A DNA stretch of 64,000 nucleotides from the human T2T-CHM13v2.0 reference genome, Homo sapiens. Position numbers and translations under genes: made by a program. Of the stretch, positions 1 through 14,120 are shown one piece after another. Every line of letters starts with the position of its first letter. Within the stretch, counting starts at the first letter, position 1. The DNA lies in assembly GCF_009914755.1 (NCBI RefSeq), contig NC_060928.1. The stretch is one strand, 5' to 3'. The notes under the pieces are model-generated. The model was not told where the DNA came from and searched no databases. It was given only the letters and a program-made list of their open reading frames with translations.

Positions 1-169
1 AGGTTTTAGTATCAATGCAATGCTGACTTTACAGAATGAGTTATGGAGGATTCCCTTCTCCTCAATTTTTCGGAATAGTTTCAGTAGAATTGGTACCAGC
101 TCTTCTTTCTATGTTTAGTAGAATTCAGCCATGACTTTATCTTATCTGGGGCTTTTTGTGGTTGGTAGG

Positions 170-547
170 TGTATTTACCCGTTCTCACGCTGCTTATAAA
201 TACATGCTTGAGACTGGGTAATTTATAAAGGAAAGAGGTTTAATTGACTCACATAGTTCTGCGTGGCTGGGGGGCAGGCTCAGAAAAGTTAGGATCATGG
301 CAGAAGGTGAGAGAGAAGAAAGATACCTTCTTCACAAAGTGGCAGGAAGGAGAAGTGCTGAGAGAAGGGGGAAGATACCCTTATAAAACCATCAGATTTC
401 ATTAGAACTCACTCACTATCACGATAACAGCATGGGGAACCTGCCCCCATGATTCAATTACCTCTCCCTGGTCTCTCTCTTGACACGTGGGACTTATAGG
501 GATTGTAACTCAAGATTTGGGTGGGGACACAAAGCCTAACCATATTA
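170..547 (-). mobile_element. MaLR solo LTR (THE1/MST family) inserted in L1
   Basis: Starts tgtatttacccgttctcacgctgct and ends gatttgggtggggacacaaagcctaaccatatta, the reverse complement of the THE1/MST termini. 5-bp TSD gtagg (165-169) / gtaag (548-552). Confidence 0.9.
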
Positions 548-1381
548 GTAAGCTTTTTATTACTGACTTAATGTTGAAACTCACTGTTGGTCTATTCAGA
601 GTGTCCACGTTTTCCTGATTTAATCTTGGGAGATTGTGTATTTTCAAGAATTTATTCATTTCCTCTAGATTTTCTAGTTTGCGTGTACAGGGGTGTTCAT
701 AATAGTCTGTAAGGATCTTTTATAAATCTGTAGAAATGGTTGTAATATTGCCCTTTTTGTTTCTAATTGTCTTATTTGGATCTTCTCTCTTTTCGTTTCT
801 GTAGCTAGTGGTATATTGCTCCTGTTTGTGTTTTCAAAGAACAAACTTTTAATTTCATTGATCCTTTGTATGTATTTTTGGATCCCAATTTCAGGCAATT
901 CTGCTCTGATTTTACTGCTTTCTTTTTCTCTGCTAGCTTTGGGGTTAGTTTTTAGTTCCTCTAAGTATAATGTTAGATTGTTAATTTGAAATCTTTCTAT
1001 CTTCTTGATGTAGATGTTTAATGCTATAAACTTTTCTCTTATCACGTCTTTTGCTGCATTTCAGAGATTTTGGTTGATTGTGTCTCTGTTTTCATTTATT
1101 TCAAAGATTATTTTTAATTCCAGACTTAATTTGATTGTCTGCCCAAAAGTCATTCATGAGCCAGTTGTTTAATTTACATGTAATTGTGTGGCTTGAGAGA
1201 TTTTGGTTTTGATTTCTATTTTTATTCCACTGTAGTACAAGAATATGGTTGGTATAATTTTAATTTATTGAAACTTACTTTATGGCTGAGCAAGTGGTCC
1301 ATCTTGAAATATATTCCATGTGCAGATGAGAAGAATGTACATTCTGTGTTTGTTGGGTAGTATTCTGTAGATGCTCATTAG

Positions 1382-1705
<324 letters not shown>

Positions 1706-4700
1706 AAGTGTCAAATTTAATCCAGAATTTCTTTTATTAGTTTTCTACCTCAATGACCTGTCTAATTGTGTCGTGGAATATTGAAGTCTTCCACTATCAC
1801 TCTGTGGCTATCTAAATCTTTGCATAGGTCTAGAAGTACTTGTTTCATGAATCTGGGTGCTCCAATGTTTTGTGTGTATATATTTAGGCCCATTAAGTCT
1901 TTTTGTTGAATTGAAATTTTTATCATTATGCAATGCCCTTCTTTGTATTTTTTAAAACTGTTGTTGGTTTAAAGTCTGTTTTATCTGTCTTATTCTGACA
2001 TAAGAATAGCAAATCTTTCTCTTTTTGGTTTTCCATTTGCATGATTAGGTATTTCTTCAACTGTTTCCTTTGAGACTATGGGTGACACGATGTGTGAGAT
2101 GGGTCTCTTGAAGACAGTAGACAGATGGGTCTTGCTTTTTATCCAACTTGCCACTCTATAACTTTTAAGAGTGGCATCTTAGCATTGACATTCAAGGTTA
2201 ATAATTATATATAAAATTTTGAACCTGTAGTGAAATTGTTATCTGTTTGCTTTGTGATTTCTATTGTGTGGTTGCTTTATAGGGTTTCTAGGCTATGTAC
2301 TTAAGTGTGTTCTTTTGGTAGTAGGTATTGTTCTTTCATTTCCATGTTTAGAACTCCCTTAAGCATGTATTCTAATGCTGGTCTTACAGTAACAAATTCT
2401 TTTGGAACTTGCTTGTCTGAAAAATATTTTATTTCTCCTTCACTTATGAAGCTTAGTTTGGCAGGATATAAAATTGTTGGCTGAAATTCCTTTCTTTTTA
2501 AGGATTCTGAACATAGGCTCTCAATCTCTTGCATTGTAAAGTTTCTGCTGAGAAGTTCATTGTTAGACTAATGGGATTCCCTTTAAATATAATCTGACCT
2601 TTTTCTCCTGGTACCTTTAAGATATTTTCTTTTAGTGTTGACTTTGGAGAGTCTCATAACTATATGCCTTGGGGATGTTCTTTTTGTATAGTGTCTTGCA
2701 GGTGTTCTCTGGCTTCTTATATCTGGATATCTCCCTCTCTAGCAAGATTAGAGAAATATTCTTAAATTATTCCCCCAAATATGTTACCCAGGTTGTTTAC
2801 TTTTTTCCTTCTCTCTTAGAAATGCCAGGAATTTGTAGATTTAGTTGCTTTCCACAATCTCATATTTCTAGAAGATTTGTTCATTTTTTAAAATTATTTT
2901 TTACTTATTTTTGTCTGACTGAGTCAGTTCAAAAGACCGGTCTACAAGCTTTGAAAATTTTTATTCTGTTTGGTGGTGCAGTCTGTGGATAAAGCTTTCA
3001 GTTGTGTTTTGAAATGTGTTTAAGTGAGTTTTTTAATCCTAGAACCTCTAATGGATTTTTAAAATATGTTTATCTCTTCCTTCATTTTCTGGATTGCTTT
3101 AGAAGTTTCTTTGTCTTTTCAACCTTGTCTTGAATCTCATTGAGCTGTCTTGCAAATCATGGTTTGAATTCTTTATCTTTTATATCTGAGTTTCTACTTT
3201 TGGTGAAGGACTGTTGCTGGAGAGCTAGTGCTATCCTCTGGTGGTGCCACTACTTTAGATATTTTATAGTGCCAGAATTCTTGTACAGGTTCCTTCTCAT
3301 CTGGAAACACTAGCACTTCTAACTTTTGTAATTATTTTTGTGCAGGTAGGGTTTTTTTTCTTTTACTTTATTTCCCTGTAATAGTATTATTATTTTTTAT
3401 TTCAATTTCCCTTTACCCCATACCTAAGTGGTACAACTGTACAGAATGCTAGGTAGGGTCTTTTGGTTTTGCTTCTATAGCCCTATGCACTTCTGCTGCT
3501 GGGTTAGATTGTGCTGTGTAGTTTGACTTACAAGCCAGTAGATGACCCTTATAGATAAGAGCTGGCTACCCAATTTAGCTGGGTATATGCTGTAATCGTT
3601 GTTTGTTTACCTGGAGAAATTATCTGTTGCCTCACGCAATGAATTGATTTGTGGGGTGCATACTGGTCTTAGCTCCCTGCTCAGAGGGGTGGAGTCCAAA
3701 ATGGGTGGGGCCGGACCAGGTAGGTCTAGCTACAGGTACCCCAATGGCAGGCGCATGCACCAGCACCAAAGGCGAATCCAGTGAATGGCAACCAAGCACA
3801 CAAAGATGTGCACAGGCATGGAGCTGGGAAACTTCCTTGGCCCCAAATTTTCTGCATGATTATGGGAGGTGACCTACACTTGTAATCAGGAGGGTGAGTT
3901 CTCCAGATGCCTAGAGATCTGCCTGGGAGTGGGGCAAAGAGGGCTCCCCTGCTCCAGGATCTCTGCACAGGAAGGATGGGGTGGCTCAGGATGCTGCTCT
4001 AGGCAAGTGGGTGCTCCATCTGCCTGGAGATTCAGCTGTGTGTGTAGTAGAGAGGGCCCCACTGCACCAAGACCTATGCACAGGAAGGGTGGGTTGGCTT
4101 AGGCTGCTGATCCAGGCAAAGAAATACTCTGAAAACCTGGATTTCTTCCTTGGGGTATAGGAGAGAGGGCTCTGCTGCACAACAGTCTCAGGGGAGGAGG
4201 CTGGGACACCCAGCAATGGCACACACAGACTTGTTCTAGGTTGCCAAGCTGGCCTTAGCTGTAAGTCTCATCACCCAAGAGAACTGCAACTGTAGCAGCT
4301 ATTCTGCCCCAGGCCTGAACCATGGAAGAGCACAATTCCAGTGCCTATTGCTGAGACACTTTCCACACATCTGGCTGTGGAGGCCCCTACCCCAATCCAG
4401 AGCAGGCAATCCAGTCTCCATCCTGACTAAAATGCCTGTGTGGCCATGCTGCCAGGCAACCAAAGAATGGCTGATTTTGTGTGCACCTGGATTAAAGGTG
4501 GCATCCTGCTCTCAGTCTCGTGTCTGGGAAAATGGGGCTTTTCCTGGTGTCTTTTTATCACAGTGTCTTCAAGACTCTCCCCAAGTAAGCTCAAGGGCTT
4601 GGGAGAAACAAAGCCTTCTCTCTCAGCCTGGCTTGCTTAGATCCCCAGAGGAAAGGAGAGTCACAGACGGAAGCTTTTTGCCTTTCTTGTACACTAGGGC

Positions 4701-5774
4701 TTCAATCACTGTTATAAGCCACACGCCATCAAGGGCTGTTTGTCACTCTTCCTTCAAAGAATCTGGAATTTCCTTCATGATTCTGTGATTCTGGTGGATT
4801 TCTATTTCCCTTATTGAATTAAAGTTCACAGAGTTATTCTTTATGCATTATCTTGCTATATCCAAGTAGCTGAGGCATGCAAAAAGCCTCTAATCTTACA
4901 TCTTAAAAAAAGCATACATTTTTAGATGAGTTCTTCCATTTTCATAAAAGTTGACAGAGCGCATTGAATCTGTAGAGCATTTTGAAATTTTTATTATTTG
5001 TCTTATTTTATCAAATATTAATTTTATTTATTTTTTATTTTTACTGTTGACAATAGTTTATTAGCAAGCTGTGATTATATGAATCTGAGGTCTGTCTGTG
5101 GGTGGGGGGGGGTCCAGGTATCCATGATATTGAGAACCTGTGAAAGTAGCTACAGTTGGTGACCAAATATAGGTGGTATTCATAATTTGTTAGAATCAGA
5201 GTGTGGTCTTTATTTTTGTTCCACAAATGAACTCAGAATTAGAGGTCTTCACAATGTTGGGATGAAGTGAAAAATGGAGACAGTTTTGACATAACTATTT
5301 GTTTTGAGTAGAGTCCTTCATCAAAGTATGTGTGGTACATGACTCTTTGTGAAATCATATTCCTCATATTACTCGAAGACAGGATATAAAAATAGGTATC
5401 CTGTGATGCAGTAGTTTCACTGAGATGAAATGTTTGGGTTTGGAAAGAAATTTTGTTGGTCAAATAAAGATAAGGAATCAAGTTAAACATAATTAAATTG
5501 GCTATTTTATTTCAGGAATTTTCAGAAAAAAAATTATGCTAGTATTGATCATAATTAGGCCACAAAACCCTTTTTCTGAAAGCATCATTTACAATTAAAT
5601 TTTACAAAACACATTTTGCAGAGCTCATGTTTCAAACAAATGGAGAAGAAATAATGCTTTACTTCAAAGTACAAGTAGACTTTAAAATAACAGTCAAAGT
5701 CTTTCAGGAAAGCAAAATAATACAATGATAAATGGATAAATGATAAAGTCACAGAGATTTGCTTTCAGCATGGG

Positions 5775-5778
<4 letters not shown>

Positions 5779-5814
<36 letters not shown>
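5779..5814. repeat. (TG)n microsatellite
   Basis: Direct reading. Confidence 0.97.
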
Positions 5815-5815
<1 letters not shown>

Positions 5816-5929
5816 TGTGTGCATGCTTAGCTATGGTTCAGTATGCTGATTCTCAAAGGAGAACAAATCCAGATGTTTAGAAAGGAAGCAAGTCACAGTG
5901 TTATGAAAAGATAAGTCATTCATAAAGGC

Positions 5930-6030
5930 CTTCATTTAGCTATAAAACAAATATTTATCCGGCATCTGATATATGTCAGATGCTGCTTTAGGTGCTTGAA
6001 ATAAAGAGGAAGGCATGATGGGCAGGGTCT
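5930..6030 (-). mobile_element. L2 3'-end fragment
   Basis: aacaaatatttatccggcatctgatatatgtcagatgctgctttaggtgctt resembles the reverse complement of the L2 tail. Confidence 0.6.
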
Positions 6031-9019
6031 ATAACATTTAAATTCACAAATCTAAATAAAAGTTGGGAAAGACCAAGTAGCTATTTCTTCATGTTTCTGG
6101 GACTAAATAATTCTACAAGTGAGTCTTGCCTTTTGTGCTACATTTTATGTTCTTGTAATTACCAGCAACAAACCCACTTAAAAATACAAAAGAGTGTGTT
6201 TCTGTTTTTCAGAGATAGCCATTAGGAAAGAAGTAGATATCCTGCTTCTTATTCGTAAACAGTTTGCCAGCCTATAGGCAGGAATAAGTGACTCAAGAAC
6301 AGAAAAGGAAAGTGGTAACTTGGAAAGAAGGCAAATTGAGATTTTTAGCTTATATATATATATATATATGCATTTAGACTTAGTGGTTATAGACATACAT
6401 GTATATAATATATATACATTTTTTTGCTTTTAAAGAAAAGGCAGCTGCAACATGAAGTTGACCAAGAATTGTTCCTGGAGCAGATAATCAAGAGCAAGAA
6501 CCTCATCATCTTCCACAGGCACACTCGCCATCTGTAACAATTTCTAGGATGTGTCCTCAATTAAATCTGTTATCATTTTTTCAGGTTGTAAATAAATTAT
6601 TTGGTTAGTATTAGATTAACTGTGTAGAATACTGGAAAGTTATCTCAAGTATAAACCTAGAACTTGTGAGTCAAACTGACAATTATATGATCACTAACTC
6701 TTTGATGAATTTTAGATGATTTTCAATCCCTTGGTGGTTTGTAAATTAGACATTACAGTGTCTAGCCCTCAAAATACAAGCTGTCAATACAAGAAATGAC
6801 CGTTGAAAATGTATGTCTTTTCTGTTTAATGTACTAAAGATCACCTGTGGGCAAATTATATATCTATAATCAGTTCAACAAGAAATCAGTAAAGGATTTT
6901 TTGGGTAGGTCAAACTGTACAGTTTCTCGCTTTCTCAAAAGACAGTTGGAAGCTGTACCTGAATTTCTAGAATAAGAGAATCCCAAACTTCCATTTAAAT
7001 CCACTTACTCAAGACATAAATGTACTTACTAACAAAACATGAACAGAGATCAGAACTCTAGAACTTTGTTAGTATGTTGTCAGGCAGACTTTAAAGTATG
7101 GAAAACATAATTACTTGAAAACCTAATTATTTGACACCATCTTCCAATGGGCCTGTAACAATACTTAAGGATTTTTAAATTTTTTTGCAAAGGCTGTGGC
7201 CTATATAATGCCAAGAATTCAAAAATATGAAGGTCCATATGTCAATTAAGATGTACTGTTTAATACTGTGAAGCTCTACTTATAATGAGAGAAAAGAGTA
7301 GGTCCTATATTTCCTGTTTTTCTGTTATTTATAATTTGATCCTCTCATTTTTCTTTGGTTATCAAGCATATATACCTGCATCTAGATTCAGACGTCTACA
7401 AATTGGAATTCAGTCCATGTAGATAGCTCACTTACAGGCTGACACTGACATTTCTTTTGGCTACCAATATTTGCTACTGATTGATGATGATAAAAATCAA
7501 TCACTAAATAAAATCACATTATTTTGTGTATCACCCATAGACAGCTTATCTTTAATGCAGTGGATTCTAATTACTGCAGTGGCTCATATGTCTTACTATA
7601 GATAATACAAGGCAACTATAATTTTATTAAAATATTTTCATTTTCTAAAAATATAAGTTTTTGAAGTTGAAAAGAAGGCCAAATAAGTTTTCTTAATGCC
7701 ACAAAGACTTAATTTTTTCCTTCAATTTGTTTTTCATTTTTTAACCTAAAAATGTGTTGCAGTAGAAAAATATAGTAAAGGAAAAAAGCATTATATACAG
7801 CAATTCTAACTTCTGTGAGAGATATTTTAATTGACTATATTACTCATGCTGGAAGAATTTTGTTATTAGATTCATCAAACCCATTATGTTTTGTGGAGGT
7901 TTTTTTTTTTCTGGTAAATTGGAGAACATATACTTGGCAAAATGCACATATTTACAGCTCTTTCTATCATTGTTCACTTCTCGATGCCTAGATGTCAGAA
8001 GATATATTTAGACTTAGTGGTTATATATTAAAACTATGCAGTTCCCTCTTTTGTACCTCAGGGATCTGAACAGAGCCTAATGCCACAAAGCAAAAGTCAA
8101 CAACATCTATCCCCTCATTCATTTATCGTGTATTCATTGAAGTCTGCAATGTGCCTTAACACCATGCTAATTAGAATTTGGAAATATTTTATGTGTGGTG
8201 AAACCAGATAGCAAGATACACAGTTGTTGGAAATGAAAACCAATAGAAAACAATTGGTACAATTTCTGCATTACATGTGTATTCAGAAGTACATAGTCCA
8301 GTTTTAAAGCTCTGTGTGTTTAAATATTTTTATTTGGAATTAGGCATCATGATGCATAAAGCTGAGTGTCCAGCTTTATACTTATTAACTGATTTTTTTT
8401 ACAAATTTGACTAAATTATATTTTTCCTAATAATCAACAAAATCTAAATTCTTTTAGAGAATACTCACCATAACTTACTCATTTTTTACACTCTGTGAGG
8501 ATATCAGAAATTTTAAAGTTATTCTTTCTCTCTAGCCACAAAGTTACCTATCAAATTTGAATGGTTTTATATTATTTATATAATTATTAGGTTTAATTTT
8601 CACCTTGCTACCACTTCTCACTAACCTGGCATGACTTACATTACATGGCACTTTTTCCTTCTCTTAATGTGTTGCTTCTTAGGCTGAATGGTGAAATCAT
8701 CACATGTATTAGAACCATGTATAAAACAAGGTAGATCAAAACAATACACAGAAGGTACCCCTTGTAAAAAGGAGTAGGTAATTTCATTAATTGACTCTGT
8801 AATATCAATAGCTTTTTTTTTTTTTTTTAACCTAGATACTTACATTTTCTTTCTTGGTTGGCATTTAATTGCATTCCTAAGGGAGTAATGCAGATTCATA
8901 CATTTCATATAGATAAGGTGTTATAAGGTGTGTTACAGAAATAAGGCTGCTATATTTATAAATAAATGAAAGTGATCATGTCAGAAGCAGCATAAAGTGC
9001 TCACATAAAGAGATATCTT

Positions 9020-9443
<424 letters not shown>

Positions 9444-9699
9444 TCAAACTGTCTTCTAAGAAAAAAAAAATAAAGTCTAAATTAATATACAAGATAGACT
9501 CTCCGTATTTCTGCATACACCCATTTTTACATATAGTTATCTGATCTCAAATACATCTTTTGCCATGTATCTCTTTGTATTATCACTTCACCATGCCTTC
9601 CAGCTTATAAAAGTCACACCATTCAACACTTCTGTCTCTTCTGTGTCTTTTATTTGCCTTTATTTTGCCTTTGTTCACATCATTTTTATTATAACAAGC

Positions 9700-10035
9700 A
9701 TTTCCTTCTTGTTTTTACCAGTTTCATCCTTACTCATCCTTTAAGGTGTATTCCAATGTAGACTCCTAAATGAATCATTCTAAAATGTCTTTATTCATCA
9801 TTAATCTCAATTCCTTCTGCGTTACAGAACACTTTGTTAGTATTTTTAGTGCCAGATACATCACGATATGTCTAATATTTAGAATTTGTGTTCATGCCTA
9901 TTTTATCTGATGGGTCATACAAATTTTAAGATCAAAGACCACGTCTTGTTTATTTCTGTATATACAACACTGCCAAGAATAGTCCTTTGCCAAAGTAGAT
10001 GCTCAATAAATATTTGTGGAGTTACATTGAATTGA
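9700..10035 (+). mobile_element. L2 3' region
   Basis: Ends agtagatgctcaataaatatttgtggagttacattgaattga, the typical L2 tail; left boundary approximate. Confidence 0.65.
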
Positions 10036-12399
10036 GACAAACTGAATTATCTCAAGATTGCTGTGCATTGAGTTTGTCTACTGTTAGGTATACAATGCTC
10101 TTAAATTGCACCATTTGTCTCAGTTTTTTGTATAGTTGAAAGCTGATGTACTCTTAACTTAGTGCCATTTAAGTGAATTGGAAAGTGACATTTAATAATA
10201 TTTGCATAACTCAAAAGCAGTTTACACTGTGCGAAATAGTAAAAATTGGAAGTGCTACTAAAAATAGGATGAATAGTGTAGTAAAGTGCATCGACTTGGC
10301 ACAATCAATATATGTCTTGAATTTTAAATATTAAAATTAAAATAAAGAAGCACCTGTTATACATCTCCTGAAACAATGGGACACAACTTCATTAGCAAAT
10401 AGTGACATTGGCTTTCTAAAAGAAAAATCTGAGAACAGTTGCTAGGGATATTGTAAGCATTCATAGTGTCTATGGAAACTGAGCCTGCACAAAACGTGTA
10501 ATGAGTAATAAAGAGATACCTGGAGGAGTGCCCAGTGTCAGAAAGACAATTAGCGTATAATTTTTCAAAAATTTTAAAGAGTAAAATAGAATAAAACATA
10601 TATTTACCTTTTGCCTTTGAGTACAGTCGAAGGTTTTAATTCCAGACAAAATATAAAGAACAGAAAAACAAATAAAATAATTTAAACTTGCTTTGATTTA
10701 TTAACAAATTACCAAGATTTAAAACATAATAGGACACTACTTACAAGGCATTACCCCTAGAATTGCCCCACCCACGTAAGTACTATCTGTAAGTCATGCA
10801 AGAATATCCTCATGCTTTGTAATTGCATTTGTACTTCAAAGATAAGGGAATAGAATTTATTTTCTTTTTGAAATGTTGCGCCCTGGCACATCCAATAATT
10901 CTGAACTTCATTAATTAAAATAGACTGCCATATCCTTGACCAAGCCTCTAGACTCTTACTTTGGCTGATACACATGAACCTTTGTCTGAAAGAATGGCTA
11001 TCATTTAAAAAATAGATTTATCCCCTGCCCTTATTTAACTCCGGATATAGTGTTTTCTCAGAATTTCATGTCTCTAATGATGATATGGATACAATAAAAG
11101 CTTTATGTTAATGAAAAAAGATCTACCAGCAATTGGTTTGTATGTAGTAAAGAGTATTAAATAATGCATTATTCATTTTTAATTGAATTTTTAAAAATAC
11201 GAGTCAGAAATAAGTAACAGAAATCAGTGCTGGAAATCCAGAAAGTATCAGAAGTAAGTACCAGATAGTCAGGGCTCACTATAAATAGACACAATTCCTA
11301 TACTCCTGGAATTTACAGGTAAATGAAGAAGCGAGATTTTAATCAAACCATCAGGAATATACATGTAAAATATGTAGCAAAAAAAGTTATTTTAAAAGTA
11401 ATACATTAAGATGAATTTTCATTTAAATGAGGTAATCTTAGGGATTATAATGGTAGGGAATATATGTTTTGTGTTTATGTGTTAATATGATCATTATGTT
11501 TCCACTGTGGATTGATTAGAAAAATATTTTAAAATAATCATCCACAGTGAGTTTCTTTAGTTTTATATGATGTTTCAATAAAAGAGCACTACTCCTGATC
11601 ATGAAGGTTTATTTATAACTTTCTATTTTGAGTGGTAATGCTATTGTTCTCTACTCACTGAGTACTATGTACTGTGAGGCATACATAATACTTTAAAAAA
11701 ATTCTGAATTAATAAGCAGTTTTTTTAAGTTCAAGAATTAAGAATAGATGTGCTGTTAATAAACAATCAGCCAACTGAATAACTCAACTGATCAGAACAT
11801 TGAGGTATTATAAACAAGAAAAGGGGAAAAAATGCTACCCAGAGTAACCAGAATTAGAGAAAATAGGAACCAAAATCTCCAGGGCAGTTTGGGTCCTGTT
11901 GAAGTCCATTAGTTCAAAAAGAACTACTGGAGTTCAAAACAATCAATCATTTCTCACTCAACCTCATGGGGTCAAATTCCATCCTCAATTACACGCACCT
12001 AACTTTCATTCAAGTCTCAGGGAGTTATATACACATTCAAGAGGGCAGGCTCTCGCCCTGTGCATTGAGTGGGGAGTAATTGATGACTTTCTCCTTGCTG
12101 TGCTTGGCTCAGTAAGCACAGCTAGCAGCAGAGGCCTACACTCCTAAGCAGAGTGGGAGGGTGCTATAAAAAATACACAGCCTTGAGTGCTGTACCAAAG
12201 CCTTGGCAGCTGTTCTTCATTTTAAATCTAGGAACGCCAACTTCACTAAGCGTTAAGATGTATTTTCTCCCATATTCTCCTTAGTTTATTTCTACTTTCT
12301 TTTCCCATCTTGATTATACTTTCTTCTCTTAAAAAGTGTTTATTTTCATCTTCTGCATCTTATCCTCCTATCATTTTTTATTTTCTGTATTTTAATATA

Positions 12400-12485
12400 T
12401 TAATGAGATAAAATGCTGGAGACAATCTGACATGTGGTAAGAGTTCAGCAATTGCTAGTTTTACTGTGATGATTATTGTTATTCT
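12400..12485 (+). mobile_element. MIR 3' fragment
   Basis: taatgagataaaatgc...tgacatgtggtaagagttcagcaattgctagtt...tattgttatt. Confidence 0.5.
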
Positions 12486-13834
12486 GCATTATCATTGTGG
12501 CTGCTCGCATTACATTTTCCTTCATTTAAGGAGGTTTTGGATAGATATAGAAAGACAATTCTTTAATCTTGACAAGATTTTATTTAGGAAATTTTATTTT
12601 TAGTATGTTTGTCTAAAATTACTTATTTCATGTCAAATTTATAATCACATAATGATTTTCTCTTTGAAGAAAAATTTAATGCTATAGCATACATGTTATT
12701 CTTACTTGAGAAAAGTGATAGAAAAACATGAATCAACATGGAAAATATTCCCAAGAATGTCACTAGAAGAGTCAAGTTTTATAACTTGACCTAATAAAAT
12801 GTTAGATTCCTGGGGTGAATAAATGAGTTGGTTTACTTTAGAGATAAAAATAGTATATTTCAATAACTGTGCTATTTTATTATAAGATATAAGGCAACTT
12901 AAAATAAGTTAACTATTTTGGATAGTATGAAGCTTAAAAATATCTAGCAAAAAAGTATTATAATTTTAATCAATGCATATTTAAATAGTATGTATATAAA
13001 ATATGTGTTTAATTTTAATATGTATAGTAAAATTTTACATATATATATGTTTCCATTCTATTTGCTAGATTTCTTATTCTGCTATACCAGCACTCTCAGA
13101 AATATTTATTTTAAAAACCATAATTAATGAATTTTAGAATAAACTAAAGCATTTTAACAAAATACAATGTATTTGAAAATATTTAAAGTATAGGTAGGCC
13201 TTTAAAATAAGGTTCTAAGATCTTATGTACCCCCATTACTCAAATGGACATGTTTTTCCCCATGTTTAGCTCTTCAGATTCCAAGTGCAAAATCTCTGGT
13301 GTATGTTGCTCTTTGGTTCAGTTCTCGGTTTTTCAGCCTTCTCGTAAATCCTTGGAGCATGCTGATTTTGGATTCACCTAAGGACTTCAATGAAAACAAT
13401 CAACAACATTTTCAACAAATATGTATTGAATGGCTACTACAAGCCAGGCCCTGTTCCTGTGGTTTATTAGTTATTAAGAGCCTGCCCCTGCACAAACCAC
13501 CCAGACAATCATCAAAGCAAGTTGAATCAACCTGCTCCCGCTCGATCTCTCAGGTTCTCTGACTTCTATCTAGTCCATGTTCTAGTATAATATGAGAAGA
13601 CTATTTTAATTGGTGGTCTACTATGCTACTAAATTTTATCGAGAAGAAAATAATCCCACTATGTACCAGTGGTGCTATTTTAACCCCTCCCCGCCATTAA
13701 CAATCATTTGTCATGCATATATACTGCTAGAACTTGCTTTCCTTTTCCTTAAAAGAAAAGGAATTTACTTTCCAGTCAATTCAGACTTCTTCTCTGAAAA
13801 GACTTCTTCTTCATTGTCCACAAGGATTAGAAAT

Positions 13835-14120
13835 CTATATATATATTTCTATATATATTTCTATATATATATTTCTATATACATTTCTATATATATATTT
13901 CTATATATATTTCTATATATGTATTTCTACATATATTTCTATATATATTTCTATACATATATTTCTATATATATTTCTATATATATTTCTATATATTTAT
14001 ATATATATTTATATATATTTATATATATATTTCTATACATATATATTTCTATATATATATTTCTATACATATATATATTTCTATATTCATATTTCTATAC
14101 ATATATATATTTTTCTATAT
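13835..14120. repeat. AT-rich minisatellite, ~(TATATATATTTC)n with variants
   Basis: Direct reading; abuts the tail of the adjacent Alu. Confidence 0.95.

Noticed and set aside
3599-4788. Cluster of overlapping GC-rich ORFs or CpG-island-like region
   Set aside because: It lies within an old L1 5'UTR, is CpG-depleted, and shows no recognisable protein.
5962-5983. 8-bp hairpin gcatctga/tcagatgc (similarly aaatccta/taggattt at ~31696)
   Set aside because: Short stems are expected by chance; this one derives from the semi-palindromic L2 tail.
6200-6320. Possible exon after tttctgtttttcag
   Set aside because: The donor is weak and I see no supporting coding frame; it is indistinguishable from background pseudo-exons.
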